Shown here: positions 14,380 through 27,693 of the stretch, piece by piece | Layout of the letters: every line of letters begins with the position of its first letter | How positions within the stretch are numbered: position 1 is the stretch's first letter | NCBI GenBank assembly: GCA_964276515.1 | Contig: OZ193909.1 | Coordinates: 8,432,001-8,496,000 of the forward strand | Origin: Gordius albopunctatus | Lineage: Eukaryota | Reading direction: 5' to 3' | DNA length: 64,000 nt | Notes under the pieces: generated by a model | What the model saw: only the letters and a program-made list of their open reading frames with translations | Databases searched by the model: none | What the model was told of the DNA's origin: nothing | Program-made: the position numbers and the translations under genes

Positions 14380-15156
14380 CCTAGGCTTACCCAGTATTAT
14401 CTCAAGGGGGGGGGGGTCAATAATACTATTAAACAAAAATTAATTAAGCTTGTCAGGTTAGGCATTGCTGAAAAATTCCGACAGACTGATAATTTAAAAT
14501 ACCGAATAAAATAATTTATTTTATTGAAATTTTTTCTAAATTTAAAATAAAGATGATATATTTATGATTCTTATTCAAAAAAAAAGCTGATCAGAAAAAA
14601 AGCTAATAAACCAATAGGAACATTTGGCAATTTCGACGTAAAGTACATACAATCTAATGTAAATTTAGGAATATTTGGCAATTTCTGCGTATAGTGCAGA
14701 ATATCTAATTGAGAATTTAAACGTATTCTCCCGCAATTTATATTAATTCATGGATTTAAGATTCTTTCGCAATTTAGATTTGTGTCAAAGGATTTCGATT
14801 AAGCAGAAACGAATTAAAATTATATGTATTCAGTATCTATGATGGGTTTTTGGTAAAAAATGCATTAATAATATCTTCAGGGACAATTGCAAAGAGATCC
14901 TTCCAATTTTTATGTTTGTGCTAATTAGGGCCATTGTTTGAACTAAACTCTGGGTCTTTCTTTTAGGCATACTTTTCTCATTAGTACCAACGAAAAGCCA
15001 GCCCATAAATTGCATTAGCTTTTATATGCGCAACACTTACAAGACTCCTATTAATATCATTGAATTTTTCCGTATTATTTGAAAAAAAATTCAATTTTTT
15101 TGTCCATGGGGGGGGGGGGGATTCTACCCCTACCCCCCCCCTTCCCTACGCTACTG
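14380..15156 (-). mobile_element. Old hAT deletion derivative with a small C-terminal transposase remnant
   Basis: G/C-run hAT-like ends. TSD CTCATGCT / CTCATGTT (7/8). The segment near 14850-14935 resembles the 3' transposase end at ~26050 (GAAGATATTATTAATGCATTTTT). Confidence 0.55.
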
Positions 15157-16006
15157 CTCATGTTTTAAACAGATTTTTCAAATGCAATAGCAACTCAATG
15201 ATATAAAATAGTATACAATCACCATGATCCACATTGTTTATTAACTTATTTATTATTAACTGATTTTATAATCATAATCAAACATAAACTATTCAAAAGA
15301 TAAGTTTCCAATCTCGTTAAAAAAGATAAACTATAAAACACCTTTTTCTACTTTTAACTTTAAAACCCTTTGACCTTTATTTTTCAAAATGTTTGTTCTG
15401 GGTCGTTTTCTTATACTACTTTTTTCTTTTAAAAAGTATGAAATAAAATAATAGAAAAGATAAAAAAAATTTTATATAAAGTTTGTTTTATTGAGGTGAC
15501 AATATATTTGGTTGTTATTTAAATGCAGGGTAAAAAATTCCAAAATGCTTAGTATTTTGTGCTTAATTTTTAATTCAATTGCTCAGATTTTTAATTAAAA
15601 AGTTTTTTCTACGCACAGATTTTAATTAGAAAGTGCTCAGTTTTTTTATAAATTTTTTTTTGTAATTTTTCAAAAATATTTAGTTTTTTTTAAATGTTAA
15701 GTTTTTTTAAATATGCTCAGTCGTTTTAAAAAAAATTCAACACTTTAGTTAGAATTTTCAAATTTTTAATGTATTAGGCCTTATAGACGTGGCCGTAACC
15801 AGGTTTGGGATTAGGGGGTAGGGCGAAAATTTTTTAAGTTGAATTAGGGGGGTGGCATAATTTTTTTTGATTTAAAATATTATTGGGCTGTGGAAACCCA
15901 GAGCTATTATAATCGTTATAAGTTCTCTAAATTTATTTTTTATTTTTAATTAATCCTAGTTGTAAATTACCAATAATAAAAATCTAATTCATTCTATATT
16001 TAGATG

Positions 16007-16273
16007 CAGGCGCGTAGCCAGGATTTTCTCAAGGGGGAAGAAAAATTCAAAAAAAATTTCGACAATTTTATTTATAATGTAACAAAAGTAAACTTCGCTT
16101 ACAATATATGCGAAACTTCAAGGCGCTATATAACCAGCTTTGGAAAAATCTGCTCTCTTCATTAATCAGAGCATTTACTATCGATTTTATACATTAAAAA
16201 AGGGCATGGACCTTCAAAAAAATTTCAAATTTTGGTCAAGGGGCCGCTTTCTGCCCCCTTGGCTACGCGCCTG
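16007..16273. mobile_element. hAT-type MITE
   Basis: TIR CAGGCGCGTAGCCA / TGGCTACGCGCCTG. Perfect 8-bp TSD TTTAGATG. Confidence 0.9.
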
Positions 16274-16531
16274 TTTAGATGATAAAATAATATTCAAAAT
16301 ATAATTTGTCAGAAATTTTATTTTAAAAATTAAGTTGGGCTAGGGTCGGGACAAAAATACAAAAGTTTTTGGGGCCGGGGGCTTGAGCAAAAAAAATTTT
16401 TGCAGTCGGGTTCGGGGCGAGGTCGGGCCGAACAAATTTTATTTTGCAGGGCTCTATGTGTAGCTTATATATTGTACCAAATGCAGCTATATATAAGTGA
16501 TATGTACCATAAAATATTTTTAAAGTCTAAA

Positions 16532-16591
16532 GGCTCAGTGGTTTGTGTGTGTTGCTAGCTCCAATACCTGGTAGGTAGGTTCGAATCCCAC
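16532..16591 (+). repeat. tRNA-derived SINE head or degenerate tRNA remnant
   Basis: A-box-like GGCTCAGTGG and B-box GGTTCGAATCCC at tRNA-like spacing. No convincing cloverleaf. Confidence 0.4.
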
Positions 16592-17970
16592 ACATATATT
16601 TAAAAATTAAAACCTCTTTACATAAAAAAACTTGGAAGGTGGAATAAATCTCTGAGCAAATAAATAAAAATCTGAACATTTAATTAAAAACTTAACATGT
16701 AATTAAAAACTTGGCTAATTAAATAAAAAACTTGGAAAATGGCAAAAAAAAACGTTGCACTTTTGAATAACTATGCAAACTAATTTGTTGCCAATATATT
16801 TTAGGTGTAAATATAACATAAAAAATTTAATAAGCAAAATTAAGAATTAGAGATTTAAATGATCATGCAATGCAGGACAAGTGCTTGCCAATTTGTATAA
16901 TTTTTTTTCGATTAATTTAACTTGTAAATTTTATTTTACAAGAATTTGATGAGTGCGCGAATGATAATTTAAAAACCTTGACGGCATAATATGAGTCATT
17001 TTACTAGCACGAAATAATAGTTTAATAAAAATAAGTAGTAGGTGTAAAAAAAGTTCTACATTTGTGTGCCTTGTCGAACACTTAAAGGATTAAATCAAAC
17101 GTAACATAAAGTTTCTTTGACCTATGTATGTCTAATAATAAATAACTTAAGGTTGCTCTTAAAAGTCATTATTTTCTTTTTGACGTTTCTTTTGTTTGGG
17201 GTCAATATTTGTGTAATTTATGCTAAAGTAATTGATTCAAAGCATTAGTTACCGTTGTCACCTAAGGGCAAATGTTATGCTAATTATAAAATTATGTACA
17301 ATTTGCTGTATAATTAAACAAACGACAGGGTTCAATTATAATAATTAATTTATATAGATTTAATAAATGGATCGCTTATATTTAAAATTTTTTGTTTGTA
17401 CCATAAAAAGGGGTAATTAATTCGGAAAAAAGATCCCATATATATGAAAGTTAAAATAAGTTTAATGTCAACGAAATGGTTATTATGTCGGCATACCAAA
17501 TAAGACTTATGTAGTTTATATTTAACTAGATAATAACTTCTTTATGTAATTTCAATTATTTTACTATCATATCGTTTTTTTAACAAATACAGCCCAGCCT
17601 CGTAACAATAGTAATACTACACCATCCCGTAAAATTTCTTTGATGTAGTAGTACTAGTAGCACAAAAGTTGTCGACACGCTTTTCTTAGTCTAACAACCA
17701 AGTGTAAAATTAACCAGCTCCCTCCCTAAGTTTTATGTGTGCTTTGCAACCATATATATACTATTACTACCCAAACGAAATTTTATTATTTTTACAACCA
17801 ACCACTACAACTTATTTCATAAAGTCGCCTCATTTTGAGATCCTTTGATTAATTTAGTCATTTACATCCTAAAGTAATATGTTCATAATTTTTCATGTAG
17901 TTGTACAAATTTAATTAATGTTCTGCAAAAAATTTAGGAAATTATTGTTAACTTTCCTAAATTAAATCCC

Positions 17971-18128
17971 TATGTGCGTAGCCAGGGGGGGGGGGCGGAT
18001 GCCCCCCTCTAAATCAGAAAATTTGTTGAAATTTATTAAAATTATGGCTAAATTTAAAAAAATATTCATTTTCCCCCTCCCTCAATCAATTAAGCCCCCC
18101 TCTAATTCCAATGCTGGCTACGCCCATG
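17971..18128. mobile_element. hAT-type MITE (GGCGTAGCCAG TIR family)
   Basis: TATGTGCGTAGCCAG ... CTGGCTACGCCCATG. TSD not recognisable. Confidence 0.65.
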
Positions 18129-18740
18129 CACGTGACATATTTATTATTTAATTATACTTTAAAATAAAATGTACAACTCCAATGTGGTCTCAACTAATCA
18201 AAGAGTAGGTTGGAATAACGCGTAAGCTTTGTGAGTTGGCAGACCCTTACAAATAAATTACATAAATTGCATAGCAATTAATATAGGCAGGCTAAATTTT
18301 CAAATATTTTAAATAAAATTTTCAATTAATCCTTTTTATCTTTTTGAAAAATAAGTAAATTCATAAATTAATTTTGATTCAATACTAGTTGTCCATAAAT
18401 GCTTCATCAAAATCAATAAAATTTTGAAAGGAGAGCAAATGTGGACTCTAGCTGGTACACATCGGAAAAGTCATCTATCTAAGACATTTCTAATATCGAT
18501 TGTCGATATTATTATGAAATGACTGCGAGAAAAATCCGTATGCAAGTTGTTTATAAGGGCTCTTTCTTATAACTTTAAAATAAAAAATCAAGACTTTCAA
18601 AAACAAAAAATATATATAAAGATTAAAATAATATTAGCCTACAAATTACTATTACAATTCCGCAGTCATTCGCAATCCATAAAAATTAAAATAACCATTC
18701 CCCCCCCCACATCTCCTTTGTTATTTTTTGCAAGAATACA

Positions 18741-18908
18741 CATGGGCGTAGCCAGCAGGATTGGATTTAGAGGGGGGGGGCAATAATGATTTAGGGAAGG
18801 GCGAAATGATAATTTCTAGTCATTTTAGTCATCATAATTATATAAAAATTTTGAATAATTTTTTGATGTTGAGGGGGATGGGGCAGCCGCCCCTTGGCTA
18901 AGCCTATG
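18741..18908. mobile_element. hAT-type MITE (GGCGTAGCCAG TIR family)
   Basis: CATGGGCGTAGCCA ... TGGCTAAGCCTATG. AGAATACA occurs on both sides, offset by 3 nt on the right. Confidence 0.7.
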
Positions 18909-19074
18909 AGGAGAATACACGATGATAATTCAACAATCAACATAACCCTATTATTATTCCACCAACATCCCCTTAACGAGCTATAAGCCATGCCAGGCAG
19001 CAGGCATCGTTCCAGTCCCACTTTTAACTCCGATCCACCCACATTCTATTTTCCATCCATCATTAAAATGAGTG

Positions 19075-19270
19075 TGAAAGGAAGGAAGGGAAGGGAACTA
19101 GGGAAGGCGAACTAACAAGTAGCTAGCAGCAGCAGTGTGGGGAGGGAGGGTGTGGGTGGGTGGGTGGGTGGGTGGTGGTGGTGGTATATTGAATGCAATA
19201 TGAGGACTGAGGAGACAGGAGGAGGGGGAGCCTTTTAAAGTTCACTCTCTAGTCTCTCTCACTCATTCCA
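19075..19270 (+). promoter_or_regulatory. Putative promoter of the HLH gene: purine/G-rich tract, TATA-like TTTTAAAG and Inr-like TCATTC
   Basis: (GGGT)n/(GGT)n run at ~19139-19185, TTTTAAAG at 19233, and TCATTC at 19263, about 30 nt later and ~160 nt before the ATG at 19423. Confidence 0.45.
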
Positions 19271-19422
19271 TTCATTATTCGCCGCGCACTATTCACGTTT
19301 CATTATTTTTTCAAGCCTTTTGGCAATTTAATTTCAAAACATTTTCCCACCGTTTATCTACTAGGCAATACTAAGGGCTGATCAAATTTTTACTTACTTT
19401 TCTATCGTTAATAGTTGGGAAA

Positions 19423-22400
19423 ATGATTCCTGTCAGATTTGAGCCTAAGTTGGAGAATCAATTTTTACCATCTTACATTGCTATGGAATCGCGAAATATT
19501 GCACCTGAGCTGGGCAAAAAACCTCTACCCAAAAAATATTCAAATATCCTGGCTAAATCGATAAAGTTAAAATATCGCGCAAATCGAATGAAACAAAGGG
19601 TCGAGTACAATAAATTGAGGAAATTGGTTCCACAAATATCCCACATCCCAAAAAATAAATTGACAAAGGTATATTAATCTGTGTATTTTTTAATGGTATC
19701 ATGACAATGTTTTAATAATTACTAATACCATCTTGCCTAGACCTATAACTAGCAAATCAAAATTGCCTTATATATTCATGTTCCTTATTTTTTAGTTAAA
19801 ATTTGATTATATAAACACAGTGATTGATATTCTTATTTAATATTTTAAATGTTCTGATATTATCACCAAGCAATTTTCTCTTTTTCCAGAATATATTTAA
19901 AAAAATTGTTATAAACTAGGCAACACATTTATAAAAAGGAATGGATTTAAGTTAGAATTTAGTTTTGTAAAAATAAATTTCACGATTATTCTGGTCCGCA
20001 ACATTTAAATCTATTTTTCAAGAGGTTTTTTTGGCGAATATTGTTTAAATAACATTTAATTTTGCCAATTGGCTATTGAGTTTATGTAAATTTGAGACCT
20101 AATCAAATTATTTATTGGGCAGTAAACAAGATAAACTCTGAAATAATTCAAACGGGTTAGAATTTCGGCACTCGCAAATTTGTATAAAGGTATCATCTTT
20201 GATTAAATAGTACAAATCCTTTAAATAAATGGGCACGTGTATGTTAGATAAAACGACTGCTCCCCTTAAAACAATAAATAAGGGTTGAAAAGACTAAGCC
20301 AAATATTGACTCACCAACGACCTTGCCTACCCAAGGTTAAAGGAGCTAATATTCTGAATCAATTAGGGGGGCGCAGCCATAGAAAGGCTTTTTATATTTG
20401 CCGAAAATTAGATTATTATTAGATTTCAAAAATCTTCATTCCGACGATCCCTAATTTAATCAGAACTTTTTGCCCTTTTAATGCAAATCTTTGCTTAGCT
20501 CGCACAAAGTTAATCTTAAGTTTGAGCCCTTCTTAACTCATCCTTCCCCTCTCTACCCCGTTTTAAAATAAATAATGCTAAGTTATAGGCATGGCTCGTT
20601 AATTTTTTTAAAATAGTCTAAAGATGAGGAAATAAGAGCTGTTTTCCTTTTTAATTAGAAATTTATCAATGGGGCCACACATCTAATGTTTTTAAGATTA
20701 TGAAAAAAAAATGCATTTTTTTGCACTTCTAATTAACTTAGTCTTTGGCTCATATTTTAATTGTTTATTTCATATCTTCATCCAAATAGATATTATCTTC
20801 TACGCCTACCCCTTCTATTTGAAATTACCTTTTATATAAGAAATTGGTTGAAATTTTTAATTTAATGTCAACAATTAAATTCTCTTTTCACAGGCACACA
20901 TTTTTTTGATTAATCTCATCTTTAAACCGTTTTAAAGGAAAACAATTTTTCATTTTTATTAAGTTATTTTTAATTTGGCTCATAAATTTATTTTTAGCGA
21001 TTTGTTTTCTTCCCAAAAACATATTATAATTCAAATTAACATCAAATTTTCGCCACAAATTATATATGTTAGGGTAGTGTACAAGATGGGCAAAGTAGGA
21101 GTCTATTAAATTAGCATAGAGATAATATAGTAGGCGAATTATTTTATAGGACTTGTAATTTTGTTAATTTTCCAATTATTTTATTTAAACCAAGATAAAG
21201 TAAACTTCTGATCAGACATCTATAAAAGCCTTTCCTGTCCGAGGTTTTATTCCCAAAAATTTCTAGTCTTTTGCACGATCTTAAAATTAATTTTTTAACC
21301 CGACCCAACTCAATTATGGTCGTGTTTTGAGTACTAGTGTAGGACTATTCTTTAGAGCTCAAAGATTTTATAGGGTTAAAGCCACAAAAATATGATTCGC
21401 CCATTTTTGTTTCAAAATTTTGAATGCATATATGGGTAAACGTTTTTCTTCGAAATTGCAGTTTACTACAACACTAACGTTTTTTAACATCGTTTATTTT
21501 GGAAATAAATAAAAAACATTTTAATTATAATCCGGCATTTCATTTATAGATTTTCCTTTAAATTCAAATTTTTAGAAATCCATATTTTTTAACTAAACCT
21601 TAAAATCTGAGAATAAAATAAACTTGTTTTTTAGCACAGACCAATGCAAAAAAGCTATTGAGAGAGTATTTAATAATAATAGTTTTGTGAATAATATATA
21701 TAAAAGTGCAGTTTGTGTTATTAAATTAATATCTTTATCTTAAACCAACCCAAAATCAATTTTGATTAACATTACGGCCCAAAAAGATTAAAGGGTCGAT
21801 TTTAGTCGAACGTGTGGGCCTCTTATTACAACCCGGAATGGGATAATTTAACCGTAAAATTGTTAGTTTATTTAAAATTAAAGAGGGAATTCCTCCTTAG
21901 AAGCATTTTAAAATAGGATTGTTGAGTCGAAGGCCACCAGTGAAGTTTTGAAGCTTATTTGTTTAACTAAATTTCATGAAATAATATAAATCGATAACTT
22001 AATTCTGACTCAAATTTAAAAACAGATGGATGGTAAATGACGTTTTATAGCCTTGCAAAATGGAATTTATTCGGCCCGAGCCCGACCCTTTTTATTAAAT
22101 TTTGCCCGAGCTCGAAATATTTTTTACTCGGGCTCGTCCCGAGCTCTGCCCGACTTTTATGAAAAGTAAGTTTATAAAAAAATTTTTAGAATACCCACCC
22201 ACACTTTTCATATAACACAAAAAACCTTTGTCTCCTCTGATTAGCCTAATCAGCAGTGTAAAAAATCTTTTAGCTAGAATTTTCCTCGGACCTCGGGTCG
22301 GGTTTATCGATCAGGCCCCAGCCGGATTTCGGACAGCCCATGCAGGGCTCTACTAGCGCCCAACTATTAACTCGCAAAGTCAATTTTACAATTTCTAACT

Positions 22401-22537
22401 TAGACTCCTTTAACATTATCATAATGCTTACAACTGAATTTACTTATAGCTCTTAATATTGGAGGAAACCATCAAACACATCGCACATCTGGAAAGACAA
22501 GTGATGGAAAAATTTTCGGGCAAGGAACCCTTGCGCG
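19423..22537 (+). CDS. Helix-loop-helix protein, Id/extramacrochaetae-like (last exon not fixed)
   Basis: Exon 1 19423-19668 (..EYNKLRKLVPQISHIPKNKLTK|GT) joins in phase 0 to exon 2 22450-22537 (LLILEETIKHIAHLERQV..|GTAAGT). This gives a complete HLH similar to the emc/Id pattern KLxxLVP..KLTKLxIxxxxIxYIxxL. Confidence 0.8.
22046..22352. mobile_element. MITE of the TAGAGCCCTGCA / (GCCCGA)n family in HLH intron 1
   Basis: Right TIR TGCAGGGCTCTA, degenerate left TIR, GCCCGA subterminal motifs. Related to 29298-29958. Confidence 0.65.
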
Positions 22538-24705
22538 GTAAGTTATTGCATTTTATTTCACGCGATTAAACGTACAATTTTGAACTCGTTGATATAGGTG
22601 GCCTTGTTGGGCAAAAGGACAACATAGCAGCAATGGGGGGGGGGAACTCGACCTTACAAACTATATTAAAATCACGTCTCCCAGACCCCCCATCTAACGA
22701 GGAGTGTCCTGCTCTTACGTAGTTAATATCAATAATAGATATGTCATGCATGCGTGTTCACTAACAACTTCCTCCTGCGACGTTCATAGTGCCCCCGGCC
22801 ACTCATGATATACTCCTTAAAATGTTAATCAAGCGAATTTAGCCCATTTAAAGGCTCGTCGAACATAGCGGAAGTCACAAGCTCCAAATACGAATCACAC
22901 CCCGTTCGTTATATGCTGACAGGTGGCATATTAAGACATCAATAACTTCTTACATATTTCGAATTGTTCCTCTCTTTTTGACATATTACCCCTCCTTCCA
23001 ACATCTCATACATACAACATTTCCCCTCGATCGTTACATCCCACTCCCTATCCAACAATTATACTTATAGCAGCATTCCAACAATTTATATGCTTAATAT
23101 ATCGTTTTACTAAACATTCCCCCTTGCCCTTTTTCTATTCAATTCTGTTAAATTTGCCGATATAATGTTATATTACAGGTTACATGCTGCTACTGTTGGT
23201 TTTTTGAATAGTATAAATTAGTTTTTTAAATTCCGATTATGAAAAGTGTACGTCAATTTTACCCCAATAAATATAGGTTTTATATACTTTTATAAATTTA
23301 CATTTATTTACATATAGTAGGTCATCAAAATTACAATATATTCTAAATGTTTAATTTTTTCGCAAATTTGATTTTAATTAAAACATTTTGTTGATGAATT
23401 GAATATAACTTGATTCCAAAAACAAGAATAATCAATCGAGTTTTTCGCGGTGAACACGAATATATTTTTTTATTATATTCCCAAGTCAAGTTTTTGAGAT
23501 ATTGGCCACCAAAAACAGTGATTTTGGCATTTTTCAAACGTCAATAACTTGCAAATTAATCTGTAAAATTTCAATTTAAGAAATTTTTAAAAAAGGAGAG
23601 GAGTTCATTACTTGTTATTTAACATAATAACTATAAATTGGAGCATTATAAAAACTAACATTTCTTCATATTCTTCATAGATATATTTTCGGGAATTGTC
23701 GAGGGTGTTAAAAAATTATTGTAGTTAATATAACGAAAATATATCTATGAAGAAAATTAATTATGAGGGTAAAAATCTTCTTAAATATTTCTTCATATAT
23801 TATAAAACATAAATAAAAATCTAATTAATTTTGTAACGGGCTTTCACGAGCTTAATGTATATATAGATGCTACCCGAGCCCGTAAGGTTAGTTGTTTTAT
23901 TTTAAAGCAGAAGTCTGGCTGGGCCGTGGGCCTGGCTTTTATGCCCGTCCGTGCTCTAGGCCGTGCAGGTTTGTAGTAGTAGTGCTTAAACAACACGCAC
24001 TTAATTACTAACTAGTGTTAAAGGGAAGGGAGGTCGACCTTAAGTCTGAAGCAATTTGTGAATGTAAAAAGATCATAGACTAAAAAGATAGAGATGATAA
24101 GTTAAATTCATAAACCAAAATAAAAGTGAGTTTAAATTTATTAAATGGATCATAAACTATGGATTTCAAATTAATTGCCACCCAAAATTGTAGAATACCA
24201 AAACTTGCATAGCAATTAAAATCATTCAAAATTGAGAAATTAAAATCTGTGGTATCAATTAGTTTCATAAATCGAACTTTAATTTTTCCATTAAATTTTA
24301 CACGCCGCAACTTTTCTTACTCTCGCGTCGAATAAAAATTTGAAACGCGTTTGGTAGGGATCGGTTAAAAAAATTTAAGAGCTTTCGAGTTGGAAAAAGT
24401 GATTTTGCAGTTCTCTAAGCTAGGGTAAAAAAATTTAAATGAATAACTCTTTCCTTTATTTATAAGTCAAATTTATTAAACAAAAGTTTTACCCATTAAT
24501 TTGCAAGTTATTGCCAAAATCGCTGTTTTTATCAACTTTGGGAGCAAATATTTCAAAAACTTGACGTATAAGGAATAAACTAAAAGATATTTGTGTTCAC
24601 CTTAAAAGACTACCAGAATATGCAAACAGTCTGCCGGTTGATCTTATAAGTTCATTATTTGTTTACCAGTGTTATTAATGGATTATTTTATCAGATCATT
24701 GATAA

Positions 24706-25145
24706 CATGGGCGTAGCCAGCTTTCGGATCAGGGGGGGGGCGAGCAAAAAAAATCGCCGAGACTAAGTGAGAGCAAAAAAAAAAAAAGGTCGCCAAGACC
24801 TTTTTTTGGTATTTAAGGTTAGTAATTAAAATATTTTGCTATTCTTTGGCCTCAACCCACATAAAAACTCATTATTAATCAACAGTACAGTGTACAGAGG
24901 ATATGTAAACGATGTATGAAGGAACTAACACAAACGCAACTACTAATCTCAATATTTAATTCTTATATAATTTAAATTTGCGTCAAAAGGTCGTGAAATA
25001 AAATTTTCAACATAAAACTTAATTTCAATCAGGGGGGGGGGGCGAAACACTAATTTTTTCCAATTTTTACATAAATTTACATTAAAAAATAGAAAAATTC
25101 TCATTCAGGGGGGGGCGGCCGCCCCCCCCCCTGCCTACGCCCATG
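24706..25145. mobile_element. hAT-type MITE
   Basis: TIR CATGGGCGTAG / CTACGCCCATG. Perfect 8-bp TSD ATTGATAA. Confidence 0.9.
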
Positions 25146-25858
25146 ATTGATAACATTTTACCAAACCAAAAGAAATATGTAAAAATGTTTGTAATTAATT
25201 ATTTTGGATCACTTTTTTAATCGATACATGTGGAAGAATATTTTAAAAGGTTGTATATATGTCAGTGCAGAAATATATTAATTTAATGAGTCGACATAAA
25301 TCCATCGATCAATCATCATAGTTATTTTCTGTAACTTCAAATAATTTAGCTGTAGAGTTCAGGCTAAGCGCGAAGATCTACTTGTTGTTCTGGCTTAGCC
25401 GTAGGCCCTATATTAATGAGAAAATATACTTACTATAACTAAAGAGATAGTCTTTTAATGATTGAATGAAGAAAATCTTCAGACTTTCTCAGCCTCTTTT
25501 TAGATGAAAACGCAGAATTAAGTTTTAGGTTATAAAATGACTATTGGAGCTGGCATTCAAAGCTTTTTTTGATTGTTTTAAGTTTTCATTTTGGCATTCT
25601 CTAAAATGGATCCAATTTTGCCGCAAGCATTTTGTAATATACATTAGTGCCTAGTAGACTCGATATTTTAAATGCGCCGTTTTTAACGCCTTATAAAAAG
25701 ACTATTCTACTTTATAGAATTGTTAAATTTCCTTGAATAAAAACCTGATTCCACTTCATTGTTTTATCCATCAGAAAGAAACTATGTTCCAAATTCGTGC
25801 TTATTAAAAGGAACGAGTTCAAGTTCGAGATCCTTTTTTTAAATATTTATGCGTGTAA

Positions 25859-27506
25859 CAAGGGCGTAGCCAGGATTTGCTAGAGGGGGGGGGTTTAAAA
25901 TTTTTGAAGCCATATTTTTTTGGAAGTAATTTTATTTTCGACATATATTATTGAAAGTAAAGTAAAAATACAACAAAAATAAATTATAATATAACAAAAT
26001 ATTTAAAAACTATAAACAATTAATATCGACGTTTTTTAGATAAAAATGCATTAATAATATCTTCTGTTTTGGGGGTATATTGTCTATGTACATTTAACAA
26101 GGTTAATCCAGTAAGCCTAAATTAAAAATTAGTAAAACCATTTAATTTACCTTTCTTGTCCCATTGTGTTCCTGAGGTAAGTTTTTAGTCTTTTTAAAGC
26201 TGAAAAACATCTCTCATTAGAGCATGTTGTAACGGGGAGTGTGGCTAAAATATGATATAATGTTTTTATATTTGGATATAATTTTAATTTGGACGCATGA
26301 TTGGTTAATGTTTCCAATGCAGCATTGGTAGGCAAATTCTCTAATTCACAGTCCTTGAACGACTGATACCACAATTTAATATCCGATTTGAATTGTTCTT
26401 GAGAGCCGTCAAGATCTTCTTCATAAAAATTTGCCAATTGAAGAAAGTTATTTAATATCTCTGTTGAGAGCATGACAGGGGACTTAATTAGAAGGGAATC
26501 AAATCCCAACAGTATTTCCTTGTTTTTTAGAAACCTTTCATCAAGTTCCACCAAAACCGCATCTAAAAAGGAGTTATGCAACGAAACTCTGTAATAAGTT
26601 TCTGGACAAGATGTTTCAATGTTTTAACGAAGAGTTTGTCGTAAGGCTCTCCTAGGAATAGTAATTTTGAAATCATATATATCTCCTAGTGACGAGACAT
26701 CATTGTAGATTGTTCTAAATTCTTCTTGGGAATTTTCCCGCAAACTTTGAATCTGTATAAACGCATTTTCGGCTGCATTTATGGCCTGAGAAAGGTCTAT
26801 ATTAATCCTTTGCAAATAATTGCTAAGATTAATAGTGTAAGAGAAAATTTGATTTAGCATGTACAAAGACAGCCAGAAGTTGGATGTCCTTAATGATGAA
26901 AGCAAAATCGCCGCATTGGACGATGATTCTTCATCGTCCCATTCACACATCTCCTCCAAGGTAGCAAATATTGCTTCCTTCGCTTCACAGAATCTTTGAA
27001 CAGAATTGTGCTTTTGTGTCCATCTAGTTTCACACAGTGATATTAATTTTGTGAATTTAGGGTTATCCGACAATGAAAATACTTTAGAAGTGAAAAGATT
27101 AAATCTTTTGGGGGTTGATATAAAATCAGTGATTTTTTTTGACAAGACTATTTGTATCTTTCTCCTGAGAAATGCAAATGTTACTCTTTTTAGGGAAGTA
27201 TGTATAAATGGAATATCGCTTCATAATAAGGCGCGGAACTTAAATTTACAAATAAGATCAGTTTGGAAGCTTTTAATCAAAAATACAAATTCCGAAATTC
27301 AAAATTTATTAACTTGTCGACTTAATTTTTTAACATATATATATAAATATAAACGCAGCACTTGACACTAGCTAAATTAATTATAATCATGATTATCAAT
27401 AATTTTGTGTTGTCAATAATTTTGTGTTGTGTTTTGAAAAAAAATAATATCCAGGAGGAGGGGGGGGGGGTTCAAACCCGAAAACACCCCCTTCCCTACG
27501 CGCTTG
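25859..27506 (-). mobile_element. hAT transposon internal-deletion derivative with a disrupted C-terminal transposase
   Basis: TIR CAAGGGCGTAG / CTACGCGCTTG and perfect TSD GCGTGTAA. ORFs 27145-26624 (LCETRW motif) and 26581-26147 (LATLPVTTCSNERCFSALKRLKTYLRNTMGQER, hATC dimerisation domain). Confidence 0.92.
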
Positions 27507-27693
27507 GCGTGTAAAGTAAAAAAATATACTAAAACATCTAATTACAAATTTTCGCAATTTTTTTTTATCTTGGTACACATATACAACCCATTACTCATTA
27601 ATCTGATTTATTATCAAAATTCCAAATTAACTATTACATAATAAAAGCTCCTATCAAAAGAAAAAAATTGAAGAATACACTGTAACTTGTTGA

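Noticed and set aside
16532..16591. Functional tRNA gene
   Set aside because: A and B boxes are present, but I could not form acceptor and anticodon stems.
17630..19350. TCF-like CTTTGAT sites (~17638, ~17843) and a Su(H)-like TTCCCAC (~19344) near the HLH gene
   Set aside because: Short motifs expected by chance; no conservation data available.
23179..23207. Candidate last exon of the HLH gene (TTACAG|GT TAC ATG..TGA)
   Set aside because: Phase-compatible but very short and unsupported by homology, so left out of the gene model.
25290..25800. Coding-looking stretch on the minus strand
   Set aside because: Stops in every frame tried and no recognisable motif.
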